DNA of 64,000 nucleotides from the human T2T-CHM13v2.0 reference genome, Homo sapiens (GCF_009914755.1 NC_060937.1), one strand, 5' to 3'. Shown: positions 28,186 to 43,600, counted from the first letter of the stretch. Made by a program: numbers and translations. Notes: a model not told the origin generated them from the letters alone.

Positions 28186-28712
28186 TGTAAATTCATTTGT
28201 ATAACATTCTTTCCTAAATAGGACTAGTATAAGTAAAAACATTTTTCAAATAGTAATTACATAATATATTTTAATTTTTAAATTTTAGCTTCTCTCTTAT
28301 TTTGAGTTATAGAGAACAGAAATGAAAATGTGCACATGCATTTAAATTACCTCCATTTCTATCATAATTTTAGAGAACCTCTGATTCCAGAGAGATTTTG
28401 CATGAGGAAGGAGGTATGGAAATTGAAAAGGGGGAAGTAACAGCCTTAGCTATCCATGATGCAGAAGTATATACTCATCAATTAGAAGACTAATACCTTA
28501 GAAACTTAAGCACAAAATCAGCAAGACCCTGTCAATGATTAACTAGCATAATACTATTCCATCTACCCTCCTATCTTCAGATTTAATACATGAGTTTAGA
28601 GAGTGATAAATGATTTCAGATACCACTAATTTAATTAAAAATGTGCACATAAATTTAAAAATATTTTAACTCTAAGTTATTTTGTTTTTTTCATTTAAAC
28701 TTTTTGTTTGAG

Positions 28713-29047
<335 letters not shown>

Positions 29048-30159
29048 TTAGGTAGTATTGCTTATTGTCCTGCCAGTTGGCAAACTCATAATGGAGAATG
29101 AAACTCTAATTGAGTGTCATTACGATCAGAGAAAAACAGTTGCTATTGTTTGTTCAAAAAAGGGGTGCAGACCAAGCACAGATCACCCATGTCCAATCAG
29201 TAGGACCATTTGCTGAAATGACTACCACTTTGTTCACTGTTTCTTTTATTGGGACCATCAGGATTTACTTTTTTTTTTTCTAACATGCCACCATTGTGTC
29301 TGTAAAGTTCATCTTGTTATATATAGTTGTTCTGATAACGCATGCTGAAGACCTCTAGCCAGAAATGTTTTTGACCCCCAACCAGAAATCATTTTCTCTC
29401 AGTTTAGCTTCTTTACCAAGGATGTTTGGCCACAAGTGGCAGCTATTTCTGTAAGATCGTATAAATTCTGGAATGATAGGATTGCTGTTTAGGAAACAGT
29501 TTTCAAGTATCATTTATAATCACACTTTTTATTTCTGAATGGTTTGGCTAGTCACTAATTGTGTATATGTTGAATAAAACTCTATATTTTAATAGAAATA
29601 TGTAAGCTATTGGAGTTGGGGAAAACTGGGTACAGATATCATGCTATTTAGAAGGAAGTTCCTGTAGCATTCTAATAACACTTCTAGAGCTGTTATGAAG
29701 GTTAAGACATTTGCACTAAAATTGAAAGATGTTATAAAAGGCCTGGAAAAATAATAAGCTTAATGAAGGAATTAAGAAGTTTACAATTATTGGCCTGGCT
29801 CTCATCCCACCTCTTTGATAACTTGAACTTCAGTCACATCTTCCAATTGTGTTAATAGCCCTTCAGGCTGGAATAGCCCTTATCCCAGGGTACAACTGTG
29901 AAATCCTACTTTCTAATTAGCACTCTGCTCAATACTCCACATTGCTAATTTTCAGAGTAGCTGTCAATTGTTCCCCCTGTGATAAATCAGACTATTTTTA
30001 TTCTCTCGTAATATGTAGAGATATTTTGTTATTTCAAATCAGTAAACATTGAATAGATTTACCCAGGACTTCCACATAACAGAAAACCATTTAAATTTTG
30101 TTTACTAAATACTGAAAAATAATATGGATATTATTATAATAAAATAATAGTTTAAATAG

Positions 30160-30365
30160 TTTAATAATTGGCATTTGTGTAATAACTATTATGGAAGACA
30201 TTCTAAACACATCATTTATGTTAGTATACTCAATTATTACAACAAGCAGTAGGACATTATTTTCCATATTTTTCAGATGTAGGAAAGCAGAAATAAAGTT
30301 TTAATAATTTTCTGAAGTCACAGAGTTTGTAAGTGCTAGAGGGATGATTAAGACTTATAAACCAT
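30160..30365 (-). mobile_element. MIR
   Basis: catatttttcagatgtaggaaagc..aagtcacagagtttgtaagtg is antisense MIR core. Confidence 0.6.
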
Positions 30366-30794
30366 AGTCTTAGTTATTATATTACTATTAGATTTGTAAT
30401 TTTAATTTTTTTATTTTGCTATCAAATTCTATGAATTTATTTTTGATAACTGAGAGCTAATGTGTTTTAATGCATTTTTTAAGCACGGTACCAGTTTATT
30501 TGTTTTAAATTGGCCAATATTATCGAGGAAAATATTCTGCTGTTATTGTAAAAACTCCTCAGAATACAAACTCTTGGTTCTGCCTACAGTTGTAAACTGT
30601 TTTATAATGATACAGTAATTTTCTAATTTTGAGAATCCTAGGCTATAATATTCTCTTTTAACTCCAGTCAGTTAATTTCTAAAGAAATGAAATACTCTCA
30701 CGTTTGCTCTGGAACGGATCTAGTAGCATCCAACACTGATGAGTTTCAGAATAGCATTACCAAAGTTTAAATCAAGGGCGTCACCCATCACCCA

Positions 30795-31345
30795 TATGTC
30801 AGGAGCTCAGATGAGCTTGGGGAGAGTTGAGCTGCTGGGTGTCAGAGTAGCTGAACACAGCAACAAGCCAAAAATGAAAAAGATAAGCCTTTAATCACTT
30901 GTTGCTATGGTATAAATAAGTGGCTAAAACCAGAGAAAACAGTCACTTCCCCTCCCTGACAACTTGAACCCCCTGCCATTGTCTTGCCTGGAATGTTGAG
31001 TCGTGGAGGACCAGGAGAAGCAGCAGAGACTTGGGGATTATTCCATAGTTTTATGGACCCTGGGGTTGGAGAATGGTGAGAGAGAAGGACTAAATGGAAA
31101 AGCAGTGGATATTGATCCAGAATGGGAGAGATATTTCAAAGTTTCCCCTTTCTTCCCACAAAAGGAAGTCTCCATCCTGTAAAGGTCTTCTGCATAAGGC
31201 TTCAGATCAAGAGACCAAACTAGGAATGAAGATACCAGGTCTAGGGAGCTTAAATCCTTGACTGCAACTGCCTCTAGAGACTGCAGTGCGCTGGCCGAGC
31301 ACCAAGTCTTGCTGAAGGGAGAAGGCAGCTTTCCCCTTTGTTATT
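30795..31345 (-). mobile_element. Ancient mammalian LTR (LTR78/79 or MamGyp-like; family uncertain)
   Basis: GC-richer block bounded by tgtc..aaca containing gggtgtcagagtagctgaacac..ctttaatcactt, typical of old antisense LTRs. Confidence 0.4.
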
Positions 31346-31396
31346 GCTTAACAATCACACATTTAAATTTAACCAGGAGCTGGACTCCTGTCCATA

Positions 31397-31625
31397 GTAA
31401 TAACAGTAAAAATAACATATACTTATGTGTAGATCATTATATTCAAAATATTATTCTAAGACTTTATATTAACTCCTTTTAGTCCTATTTACAAATCTAA
31501 AAATGTGTTATTATTAATTCACCATTATTAATGAGGAAACTGAGAAACTTGCTGTAAAAAAAGTTACTTGCTCAAGTTCACAAGCTGGTAAGTGGAGAAG
31601 TTTCAAAGATCACACTTGATACTTC
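31397..31625 (-). mobile_element. MIR
   Basis: atgaggaaactgag..agttacttgctcaagttcacaagctggtaagtggag is antisense MIR core. Confidence 0.75.
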
Positions 31626-33368
31626 AAAATAAGGTTTGTTCTAATAGTAAGCACTCAACAGATGTATTTAAATAAATTAAAACTTTAATATTGAAAGAAA
31701 GCAATTAAAAAAATCAGTCTGCCCTCAGTGAATTATATTTCTTCAAATCGAATCAATTATCCAAAAGTACATTGCAGAAAGACAAATAGAGAAAATGTAT
31801 ATGATAAATCTGGAAAAATGAATTAACAATTTTATAATTTTTATAATTTTTTTTGGTGAAGTGGTTGCTTCACTATCAAATTTAAAATGTACAAAGTTCA
31901 GGCCCTAGGACTCTATACAAATCATCAGATTTCACAAATGGAAACATTACTAAATCTCTGTCAAACTACTTTTCACCCTTATATCAGTAGATTAAATAAA
32001 CGTGATTTTGTCCAGGAGTCATATATTACAGCCGTGAGATAATTTTGCTTATTTTAATTTATGCTAATTAGGAAAACTATAGTTTAAAAAACTTTAAGTT
32101 ACTACCCAGTGTCACAGCTATAGGGACCTAAGAAGCCTGGACTGAAACCACAGTCTTTCATTTTTCTATGTCCATTTATTTGCATAACTTGAAGTTAGCT
32201 TCATGTAGAAATACTCAACATTTCTTTATTCCTGATATAAGTTCTATTGCTTTTCCATTAAATGTTGGGGATTTAACACATTCAAATTTGGATAATATAG
32301 GTTTTTAATAGTCTCTGGATAGGGGAAAACATTAAGCTCTATATTTGGATATGCTATTTGAGCAAGAACTTATCTGAAACAAAAAAAAAAGGTTTTCAAG
32401 ATAAGATGGGGTATTTTAAAAGAATAATGATTTCAATACTTGATATCTAGGAAAGATAATTCTTGGCTTTAGTTTGTGTCTTGGGCAACACTCTATTTTA
32501 AAAATATATTTTGTATTGTGGAAATTAGTGTCATTTTTGAACATTTGATGATATTAACTGAACTCAGTTTTAAGCCAAGAACACAAAATAACCTTTTAAC
32601 TGAAGCTTAGAGCGGTCATACAGAGACTTTGAATAACTTCAATTTGTCTTTGAACACAACCTTTGCAGAATGAACACAAGAATGCTCCCAGGCTCCCTTT
32701 CTATCTCTTTATCATGGATGAATGACTTAAAGATCACATCATCACAAGCCTCAGAAGCAGCCTTTAACTGAATGGTGGAAAAAAACACTAAAACTTGCCT
32801 GCTCAATTTTTATATGAAGTATGAGGAACTTTCATTGATTTCTGAGAATAAATGCATTATTTAAAAGTAAATTTTACCAAAAAAGTGCTTGTGAGATGGA
32901 GCAGATTCAAATAGGCCACATGGGACTCTTCTTCTTATATCTATGAAAATGTAACCAGGCTTTTCTTTTTATTTTTAGATTTTAGTCAACTAACATTACT
33001 ATGTAATGAATAGAAATACCATTATTGAAACATGTTCATAAGTTATATCCAATTAAGCTATAAATAATAGAATCAATATTTCTTGCCTATAAATATTAAG
33101 TTTTAGCTAAGTGAAATTTTTAAACTGTAAGTATATATTCTTGTCCATTATAATATTCATCACGGCAGTGATTCTGATGCTTTTTATTTGTGGATTTGTT
33201 TGGCTGTTTTATTTGCTCACATTTATGAGTCTGGCATTTAAACTGGACTTGGAAAAGAGTAGGTGTTTAGGTCTTATTTATTGAATCAATGAAATAGAAA
33301 ATAAAATATAAAATTAGTTTTATTTAATCCACAGGATAAAATTTTTGAAAAATATTGATTAGATGTAT

Positions 33369-33664
33369 GCCCAGGCACGGTGGCTCATGCCTGTAATCCC
33401 AGCCTTTTGGGAGGCTGAGGCTGGTAGATCACTTGAGGCCAGGGGTTTGAGACCAGCCTGACCAACATGACAAAACCCCATCTCTATGGGCGTGGTGGTG
33501 CACAACTGTAGTACGAGTTACTCTGGAGGCTGAGGAAGGAGAATCACTTGAATCTGGGAGGTAGAGGTTGCAAGGAGCCGAGATCAAGCCACTAAACTTC
33601 AGCCTGTGTGACAGAGCAAGACTCTGTCTCAAAAATTAAAAAAAAAATTAAAAATTAAAAAAAA
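33369..33664 (+). mobile_element. AluSz-like element lacking the middle A-rich linker
   Basis: Alu dimer in which tctcta joins directly to tgggcgtggtgg at ~33486. Confidence 0.93.
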
Positions 33665-34139
33665 TTTAAGTACACCCTTAACCTTTTAATTTTTATTTTA
33701 GAAAACAATAAAATTTGTCACTTTGCTACGTTCTCGTAGAAGCGCAACATGAGTATTCAACTTAAGGTCAGAATCAAAATACAAGTACTTATTTTTCCTC
33801 TGTATTAATGTTTTAATGTATTTTCTAGTTAAAAATACATCAAAGTAAATCAAATTAAAATGAAACTAACACATAATATTCAACTTAAATTTTTAGCAAC
33901 AAAGTTAAAAGATAAAAATATGTGGGAGATCTCGTCTTTTTAAAACTGTGGATAGAGAAACTGAAGTTATCAGGAAGTATTGCATTTTAAAATACAAAAC
34001 TTTAGTGATATTTTGAATATTGCTTGCCAATAATGCATTATAGTTTTAATTTTCTTCTTCCTGTATGTACTTTGCTTTAAAGAATAAACTATTCTAATAT
34101 GTCTACTGCAGCACTGTGCTGTTATTTGTATCAATTTAA

Positions 34140-34506
<367 letters not shown>

Positions 34507-36442
34507 TGAAGATAATTGATTGCATAGGATGTAACAGTTTTGTAGTAGCTGAAGAGTTAGGAAACAAAACATTTTAAATTATCTTGGGTTATATTTTCAA
34601 GTATAATAAGTATCAAGAAATCTAAACATATGCCTCAAAGCAAATGATTAGAAAAAGTTATCCACTTTCTACAGAATGATATGGGTCATTAATAAACACT
34701 TGGATAGTTTTCTCAGAAGGAAACTGAGTATAAAAATCTCTGGTCATATGAAACTGTTGATCCCAAACTGCCAAAATCTGAACTTCTGAATTTTCTAATG
34801 ATTTATTGTTGTCTTTGTTAAGCTAACTTGACGCCCACTTTACCATACTTCCTTCTATTAAAAAGATACACTTCTAAAATAATTTTTTGTTTAGGAAACA
34901 TAATTGTATCCATTTACAACTCCATTAAAGCTAATGATGAAAAAAAGTTGTCATATTCTGTGTTTTTATTGTTTTTAGACTTTTCTAAATTCATTACTTG
35001 GATAAAAAACAAGCACTCATTTATATCATTTGAATCCTTTGTTTTCAAAGGGCTTGTATTAACCTTCGACATCCATGCATAATTAATAAGTATTTTTTCT
35101 TGTCCTCGTTAAGGTAAACTCCTGGCTCACTTTTTAGAAAAATGTATTATTTTACTTTTATTATTAAGGTACAATATTTGAAGAAATATATGTGGGTTCA
35201 TGTTTCGCATGTACATGCATACATATATTTATGCATGTACATTAATATAAATGATTACATAGACATTTATTTATGAAGAAGTAAATCACTGATTTCCACA
35301 CCAACCAGAATAACACATTTGAAAGTCTGTCTCTTATATCACACAAAAGTAATCTTATAGAATTATAATTCTACAGTTGCTAAAATTTAATTCCCTATCC
35401 ATTTTACTTAAAATTCAACAATAAATATTTTCAACATCATTATATAATATTATAAATATTCTATTTTCTTTAAGCATATGCAATAGCTTATTTAGAAAAC
35501 TGCATTTTTAGTGTGCTTCTATTTATTCAACATTATATCTACAAATAAAACAATTACATTTCAAATTTTTGCATTTTTCAACTTTTATTATAAGATATGC
35601 TCTCTAGAAAAGATTGTTTTATTTTCATTGTGATATTTAGTAAGTGCATAGTTTAACACATTTTAACAACTTGAAGACAAAGAAGATAATAAATATAATA
35701 AATGCATGGTTTTCAATAGGCATATATTATATTTACTATATATACGTTTTAAGATTACACATGCTCATCAGGCATATGCAAGTGAAAATATATGTGTATA
35801 TCTTATTTATTATATTTTTATATATTGTATATGCATATATTAATCTTATACCAAAACCGAAAATGCCTCCATTTTAAATGATTATATCATAATTTCAATA
35901 TAGCATATTTCATATGACAGAAATAATGAGTACCACTGCAGTCAACTGAGACATTAATAACCATTTAAATAAGAAAAAGATACTTGGATAATTTAAAGTT
36001 GCCTTTAATAAATAATTTTGGGCTGATAAAGTAATATAAACAATTGTTACAAATGTGAATAGTATCAAAATTATTACAATACAAAATACTAAATTATATA
36101 GGATGCAGTCAAAGCTGTGCTTTAAGGTAAATTTGCCATCCCTTTCTGTCTCTTGATAAAACATATTTATAGTTTATTTATTTTCTTGCAACAACTCTCA
36201 TTACATTTACACAATATAAATTTTATTCCCTCGCTATTGTTTTAATGGATCGTATTTCTCCTTTCTTATACTCTACTATTTATTATTTTTAAATTTGTAA
36301 AGGAAAGACAGTGCCTTACTCATTCGATTATTTTTGGAATTTAATTAACAAGGAAAATCCCTGGAATGACTATAGCAATTCTTGGAAAATGTTAAGCTGT
36401 TAATAAAGATCTGCTATCATCAATCTTGAGGAAAATAAGAGT

Positions 36443-36491
36443 TACAAACTATATTTATACAAACTATATTTATAAATACAAACTATATTTA
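36443..36491 (+). repeat. 15-bp tandem repeat x3 (tacaaactatattta)
   Basis: Copies at 36443, 36458 and 36477. Confidence 0.9.
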
Positions 36492-36722
36492 GCTACTTAC
36501 AATGCTGATTGTGTCCTTAATAGCTTATGTCAATTGTTTCACATGTATACCCTGTAATCTTATCTATATCCTCCTGTAATTATGAATGTTTTGCCTTCGT
36601 GAATTACAACACATTTAACTTAATGCAGAACTAAATAACTATCTTAAATGTTTAGCATCACAACTCTGTAGATTATATACTATTGAGTTTATAATATGAT
36701 TATATATGCTTACTTATTTTAG

Positions 36723-36746
36723 GGAACCAACTGGGCTTAATCCCGT
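36723..36746 (+). other. Candidate 24-nt microexon (host gene unknown)
   Basis: atgcttacttattttag|GGAACCAACTGGGCTTAATCCCGT|gtaagt; GC-rich island in AT-rich flanks; TGC about 15 nt upstream of the acceptor; two of three frames open. Confidence 0.4.
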
Positions 36747-39700
36747 GTAAGTAACATGATTTTTCTGTTCATATGTTTTCAGTGTTTTAAAATTTATATT
36801 TGTATTCACAATCACTGAGGTTCTGTTTTGAAATTAGCCTCTTGTGAGAATCATGTCTTTTATAGAGAAAAATTTTTGTTCAAACCAGATCTTTTTACAG
36901 AATAAGGTAGGTAATGATGACGACAATGACTATATGTACTTATCGTGTTGCTCTGATCTGTTACTCAGAATTGGTAATTATGTGTAATTTAGTACTTAGT
37001 ACTCTAACATACATCTTTGTTATTTTCTCCATATCATTTTACTTTATTTCTACTGACCCCATGATATTAGAGGAGCATCTCATATTTTTCCTAGATATTG
37101 CACATTTGAGTTTCCACTGAAACAAATTACTACTTACATTCTTCAATGGAGATAAATTTTACTGCAAATAATTGTAATTCTTCTTTATCTTATCCAAATT
37201 CTCTATATCCCAAACTTTTATTGTTGTTTGTCTTTTATATTCCTTTTTTTGCTATAGAAAACTCAGGTATTATTCCAAATATATGCTTCAGTGATGTATG
37301 CATAAAAAAGAGCTTGTGCATGGACATAATCTTTTTCTTGGCTAGCCAAAGAAGTAGCCAAATAGACATAGTTTGTAAAATAATCAAAATTCTATATTTC
37401 TCAGTCATATACAATAAAGTGGTGGCTACTTAGTAATTCAGATGAGCTAAACTGATGTATGCCTTTTTATCTTCTGTTCCCTGATAATAAGTACAACCTT
37501 ATCTCCTAATGATATCAATCTTGTCTTATGAAGCAATCCAGATTTCACAGCCATTCCTAGACTCATTTCATGTAAGCCTCTCTCTGTACTTCCTATTTCA
37601 TAATGAATCTGTATAATCATGAAACATCTTATTATGTGTATATGTAAAGGGTAGTTTTAATTTGATTGTATCAGTGGTAAGGCATTCCCTCTTAGAACCA
37701 TCTCATTATCTTATTTTTAAGAATGATACCCAGTCAATTATTTATCTTTGAGAAGTTTTTTAGAAAAAAAAATCAGTCCCTTTTAGAGGTGGAGCTATGT
37801 AGCCACCTATTTAAGTCTCCTTAAATGACATTTTTATTTTTAATTTACAACTTTCCATATATTTTGATTGTTCTCTATTTTCTGCACATTGACAGTGTAC
37901 AATACACATATAGCACTATTAGGAAAAAACAAATGTGTAACATCTACACTTATTCATATAGCAATGTATTATAAATACTGTGCATGACAAAATATTTGAA
38001 GTTGTAAGTATTTCATGATATTAACTTTTTACTACTAATTAATGGTAAGCCTCATAGCCTTTCTGAATGTACAGTTTAATAGTTTGAAGAAAGCTACAAT
38101 TAATTCTTATTATAAAAAAGCCTGAGTTCATGAAAAAATATCAATTATATCATGTGTATTTTTATGAATGTGTTGAAATAAGAGGAACGAGAAGCAGTAA
38201 AGATTTTCATCAGGACTTTTATCTTTCAAATAAAAGGCGTTATTTGAGTTATAGACAAGAAAAACAAAATTTTAAAATATGCACTTACATGATTTTATCA
38301 ACATTTTAAAATAAAAATTGCAACAGAAAGATTCCGAACACATTCATTGTGATAATAGTCTACTAAAAATTAATTCATAAAATTTAACTTCTCTTAATGT
38401 GATTGTGTTTTTAATGGTAGGTAGAACATGCCAACCAACATTGTCATATAAGTTTATTTGAAAGCTCGATTTTCTGCACAGTGACAATGTACAGTCATTC
38501 AACAATATTTTGGAGAAGTACAAAGGGTACATCAATTCTTTTTTCTCTTGGGAAGTTCAGTTCACATACTCTCTTATATTAGCAGGGAAACCTCCTGGAT
38601 AAGAGAGATTCAAAATGTTTGTTGGTTATTATTGCTTTGTTTTCTTAAATAAAAACTTGCTGTGATCCTTTGATTAAGTAATGTTTCCATTCAAAGGAAA
38701 AGAAAATGGTGTCAGGGTGAGAAGAAGATTAAAAATGGAAACCTCAAGACAGCTTTCTCCAGTGCTCTTGTAGAAATAAAGGTTTTCCAACATATTTTGT
38801 CTGTTTATTGATTATCATTTCATCTGGAGCTTGTGTCCAGTTGATTTGTTCCAAAAATTTTCTCCACGTTTTCTTTGCCTTGCTTGTTTTTGGACTTGTC
38901 TTCTATATTTACCTGCAGAGTTTTCTGCTAGTTTATCTTTGCAACTCTTTGAGATGTTTCTTATATCCTGGGTTTTCCTGCATTTGGCTTTACTCTGCCT
39001 ACTAAAATAGTGAATTCCCTGGGAAGACTTATTTTTGTGTGTGTTCACTGAACCACATATGTATTTTTTCTGTGTCTAGAGAGAAATAATTGCAGTTTAA
39101 TATTTGCTGAGCATCATAAGGCAGACATCCTTTTTCACTCTTTTTACAACATTTAAAATGACAGCTGGTATCGAATGTGACATAAAAGATTCTCTTTGTA
39201 GAGTTATATATTGGTAAAAATTACCTTGTTAGAAGTCAAAGGGTGCTCACAGATTCCTATTTATATACTGTTTCAATTCCCAATCAATTTCCACAGCCAT
39301 TATTTCATTTCCTCATCATAGTAACTATGTTAAGTTGGTGAAGTTAGGCGTGATAACATTATGTATGTTTTAGAGACGAGAAAATCAAGTCAGGGAACAA
39401 TAAAAAAAAATCTGCTGAGAGTCTGAGCAAGGTAATGCCAAAGTTTACCTTACGATATATGTGTCTACTTTCTAAGAATACTGGTATGGTTTTAGGCCCC
39501 TTTACAAACTTCATAGTAATAACCAATAAAAGTTTGAACAGTATTTGAAAATGTATATGATTTAAATTTTATTTAGAAGGTAGTTGTAAGCTACTCTATT
39601 TGAAATAAATTTCTTCCTTTAAAAACATATTGAAGCAGAAATAATAAAAGCAATATTAAAGAAGGATGTAAATTTTATGCCCAGTTTCCCAGCTATTCGT

Positions 39701-40232
39701 GTAAAACAACCACCAAATATATCACTGAATCTACAAGTTTTCCATCTATTTGTGCAAAACAATCAACTGCCAGATTTATCACTGAATATAATTGACGATA
39801 AACTGAATGATTATCAGGGTCATAAGTGAAAGTTTTAATAAATTATTTTGCACTGTTTCTCTTTTATTTTTCCAAAAAAATTGAAGTTTCTTTTTGTTGT
39901 TCTTTTGAACAACATAAAGTATTTCAACTGAAACACAAGTTTTTTCAAGTGGTGAAGACAGGAATGCTCTATTCTGGTCAACTTTTATGTACCCAAATAC
40001 ATTTCTGAAATATACTACTACCACCTTAATTATAGAAAGACAAAATACTTTGAATTTGAATATTTATTACTTTTTTCTACTAACACAATTTGCAATTAAA
40101 AATAATAATTATATATTGACACTCCCAATTACAATGCATAGTACAGAGAAAATGCTAATAGATGTTCATGAGTGAACACAAATTGAGGATGGACAAGAAT
40201 CAAAACAGTCAGTAGCATATATGCTTTGTAGA

Positions 40233-40610
40233 TGTGGTAGACTAAATTCATGTTCACAAATGTTCAGTACCCTGTCTGTGCTAAAAGAATGTACTTCTGC
40301 CCTTTAAGCTAGCTTTTAGATAAATGACTTGATTTGGCTCAGTTAAGGTGTGCAGAACTGTCATTACTTGATTTTACACCAAAGTTTTGAGATTCTGATT
40401 ATAGTTCACCATTGTATCTTTTCTTTACTTTTGTGATCATGAAAACAAATGTAGCTATGGAATCACTATCATCCTCGGTGGCTGAATGACAAAGATAAGC
40501 CTCCTCATCAAACTGTGATGGACATGTAACATAAGCAAAAAATACATCTGGTTGTATTAACAAATACTATGTTTTTTCAATTTGCTACAACATTATCCAG
40601 CCTGTAATGA
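40233..40610 (+). mobile_element. MaLR LTR (MLT1I/J-like)
   Basis: tgtggtagac..gatggacatgtaacataagcaaaaaatacat..tttgctacaacattatccagcc. Confidence 0.7.
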
Positions 40611-43600
40611 GAGAAACATGAAAAAATCAAAAGCTGCTTGAGGAAAATCTGGTGAAGGGGTATCTGGACACTAAGATATGGCTACTGAGAATTAATGCAG
40701 AGTGCCTATTTTTATTAATTAAATGTTTAAAATAGTAATAATATATATTCTTGTACCACTTAAATGATTTAATTTTAGTAACCAAATATGAGCTAAAATG
40801 TTTTTATTTACTCATAATTGATTGTGGCCACCGAAATATATTTTTTCTCATCATTGTATAATTTATTAAATCATGATTACTCTGAAGCTGTAATTTCAGA
40901 ATTATTATCTCCAGAATAGAAAGAAGATTCTATATCACAGTTTCCAACAAAAATACATTTCTCATTAATCTGTTATTGAGGCTTCATCTGAAAGTTTTTT
41001 TTATATTTGTTTTGATTCTGGCACTAAGTTCACAGAATCTTGACAATCTTCCTCTTGTCTATTCTTCCTTAGATCCTTGTTTCAGCTACTAGAGCTTAAG
41101 ATGTGCAGAGAATTTACTATCCCAAATCTGCAATTAGCCGTGGCAGAACTGCCATAATAAAATCTCCAATTAGGTTCATAAAAATTGAGTTTTGTTTTGA
41201 TGCCATGATGTTTAGTCAATAAAATTTAATTAATTATATACAAATGCCTGTTCCATCTGTGACTGAAATATATAGCCAGGTAGCACACACCCATACCACC
41301 TCCTAAGCCGCCTACTCCCCACACACACACCTCACCTCTACACAAAATCTTCTGAAAACTGACCAGCCCTATGAAGTATTTCAGATGTGTCTTCTCAGAA
41401 ATCATTTTGTCTGTATATAGAAGAGGTAACTTTAAAATATGAGAGAAATCAAGATAACCAACACACAAAAACACAACTCTGCTTACAATATAGACTATAA
41501 TGCAGCACAAACCCAGTATATTTAATTTCACATAAAAAAACAGTATTTCAAAGATATAAGTGTAACAAGCACTCTATCGTTAATATCTGAGGAATTACCT
41601 GGGAGCCTGCAGAGACACATGCTGAGTAGCCAGGCATTTCCTGTTGTTGTCAAGGTAACAAGTTATCTTGAATTCCTACTAACAGACTCCTTCTAGATTA
41701 TACCACAGATAGTAAACCTGCTGCCACCCACAACAAATGTGAATGTCTTGATGTTATGCACAGGAGGGCTAATCGATATAATAGTTCTCTCGAGGTAGAA
41801 CTAATTATTAGATAACTCAGTAAGGTTGTGTAATTTCAGTAAATGGCTGTGGTCTTAAGGGAAGTTACAGGTTCACAGTAGAAATTAAGTAAAAGTCAGT
41901 AAGTCATGGAATAAAAATAAAAAAGGAGATAAAAGAGGAGAAATTACATTCTATTTAATAAGTTTTACTTAATAATATTAAAACTTGAAATAAGGCTTTC
42001 TTCTATTTCATTTTATTTGCATATTTATCTCAAATTATTTGAATTGAAAAATTTGTAGAGTTAATGATCTTCAGAGGTCGTATAAAATATTTCATTGGAA
42101 AGATGAGGAAACTGAAACTCAGGATGTTAAAATTGAATAGGTCACCAATCTATTTTTAAAGGGTCAAATTCTAAAGCCTTAGCTTTTAATATGTCCTACT
42201 CAAATGTTCTTTCACATATGCAAAACCCATTTCAGTTACTCTGGAAACTGACAATAAGAAAGAAAAGATACTTTCACAGATGAAGAGAAAGTTTGCACAA
42301 AAACATTGGTGTTTACATGATAAAATGCAACTGAAGGAATAAGATAAATAAAATTATCATTCCATCCTAAATATGACCTCATTGTCATGGGTCAGTTAAA
42401 AACAGGCTACTTTTTTACCCAAAAATACTACCAATTATCCTATTTTTTAGGTATTTTAGAAAATAATCTAATCTCCTCCTTAAATTTATTTATTCTATAA
42501 AAAGTAAATGTGCATTGCTGCTAACTTGAGAGTGCTTTGTACTGAGTGAATCTATGCATCTCAAAAGTAATGATGATTTTGATGTTCTTGTATAAAAAGA
42601 ATCATGCAGTATAATGGTTTCATATCTTTTCAAGATTTAAAAATCTTATGAAAATTTGATATTAGAATTTTATAGGATCAAAGACATTAGATTTTGTAGG
42701 TGAGATAAAGAGAAAGATGGAGAAAACTAACATATATTGAATAACTTCTATATACCAGATACAATGCTAGTCATTTTACATCATGTTGATATTTAACAGT
42801 CACAATTAATAAAAGTTACAAAAAATGTGTGAATCAATAAATATTGAGAAAAGCATGCCAATAGTTAAGATTGAGTAACATTTACCTTGTATAGAAGTAT
42901 CCTACTTTGAACTAGGAATTTGAATCCTTTCAAGGAAAAAAATAATTTATTAACAACATCAATTAAAGGGTTATTTCAAGTAACCACTCATACTACTTAA
43001 AACATTTTTAATATTGTTATGCCACATTGAAAGGCATTATGTAATATGAAATGTAGGTCTTAGTAAACATGAAGAAGGGTTATGTACAAATAAAAGTTGA
43101 GTGACAGATAACAAGATTACACAAAGCTGTAAGTTGTACAAAGCTATTTCTAGGAAACAAATACAAAGAGAAGTGGCAAAAAAGAAATGAGCATATCAGA
43201 TATACCTACAGGAGAATGAGCATATTGGAAAACAGCTTTAAAAAATGATTGCTTTGCTCATATTCAGCAAAATGAAGCCTGAGATCAAAAGTAAGTAAAA
43301 GCAATAAGACATGGCTGATTTTACTTTTTCTTTTAGGATTGCAAAAAAGCAAGTATCTTAAGGAATATATATCTAGTATCTATAAACTTTATACCTGTAC
43401 CCTTCTCACTGGGCAGTTAGGATGTGAGGAGGTGTGACCCACTGGCCAGGAGGTCTACTTCTAATTTTGAATATTAAAAATTTTACCCTCACAGAAATTG
43501 CTAATTCTGTTCATTCTGATGATGAATAATCTTGCTAAGTCATGTAAATCCTACCAACAGGCACATGTCTGCCTTTATTATTTTTCCTCTGGTTGCTAAA

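Noticed and set aside
32550-32775. Three TTAACTGAA and three GAACACAA motifs as a homotypic cluster
   Set aside because: Short AT-rich words at irregular spacing; cannot be distinguished from chance without statistics
43310-43360. Strong plus-strand acceptor ggctgattttactttttcttttag
   Set aside because: No convincing GT donor nearby (only gcaagt); isolated acceptors are common in T-rich DNA
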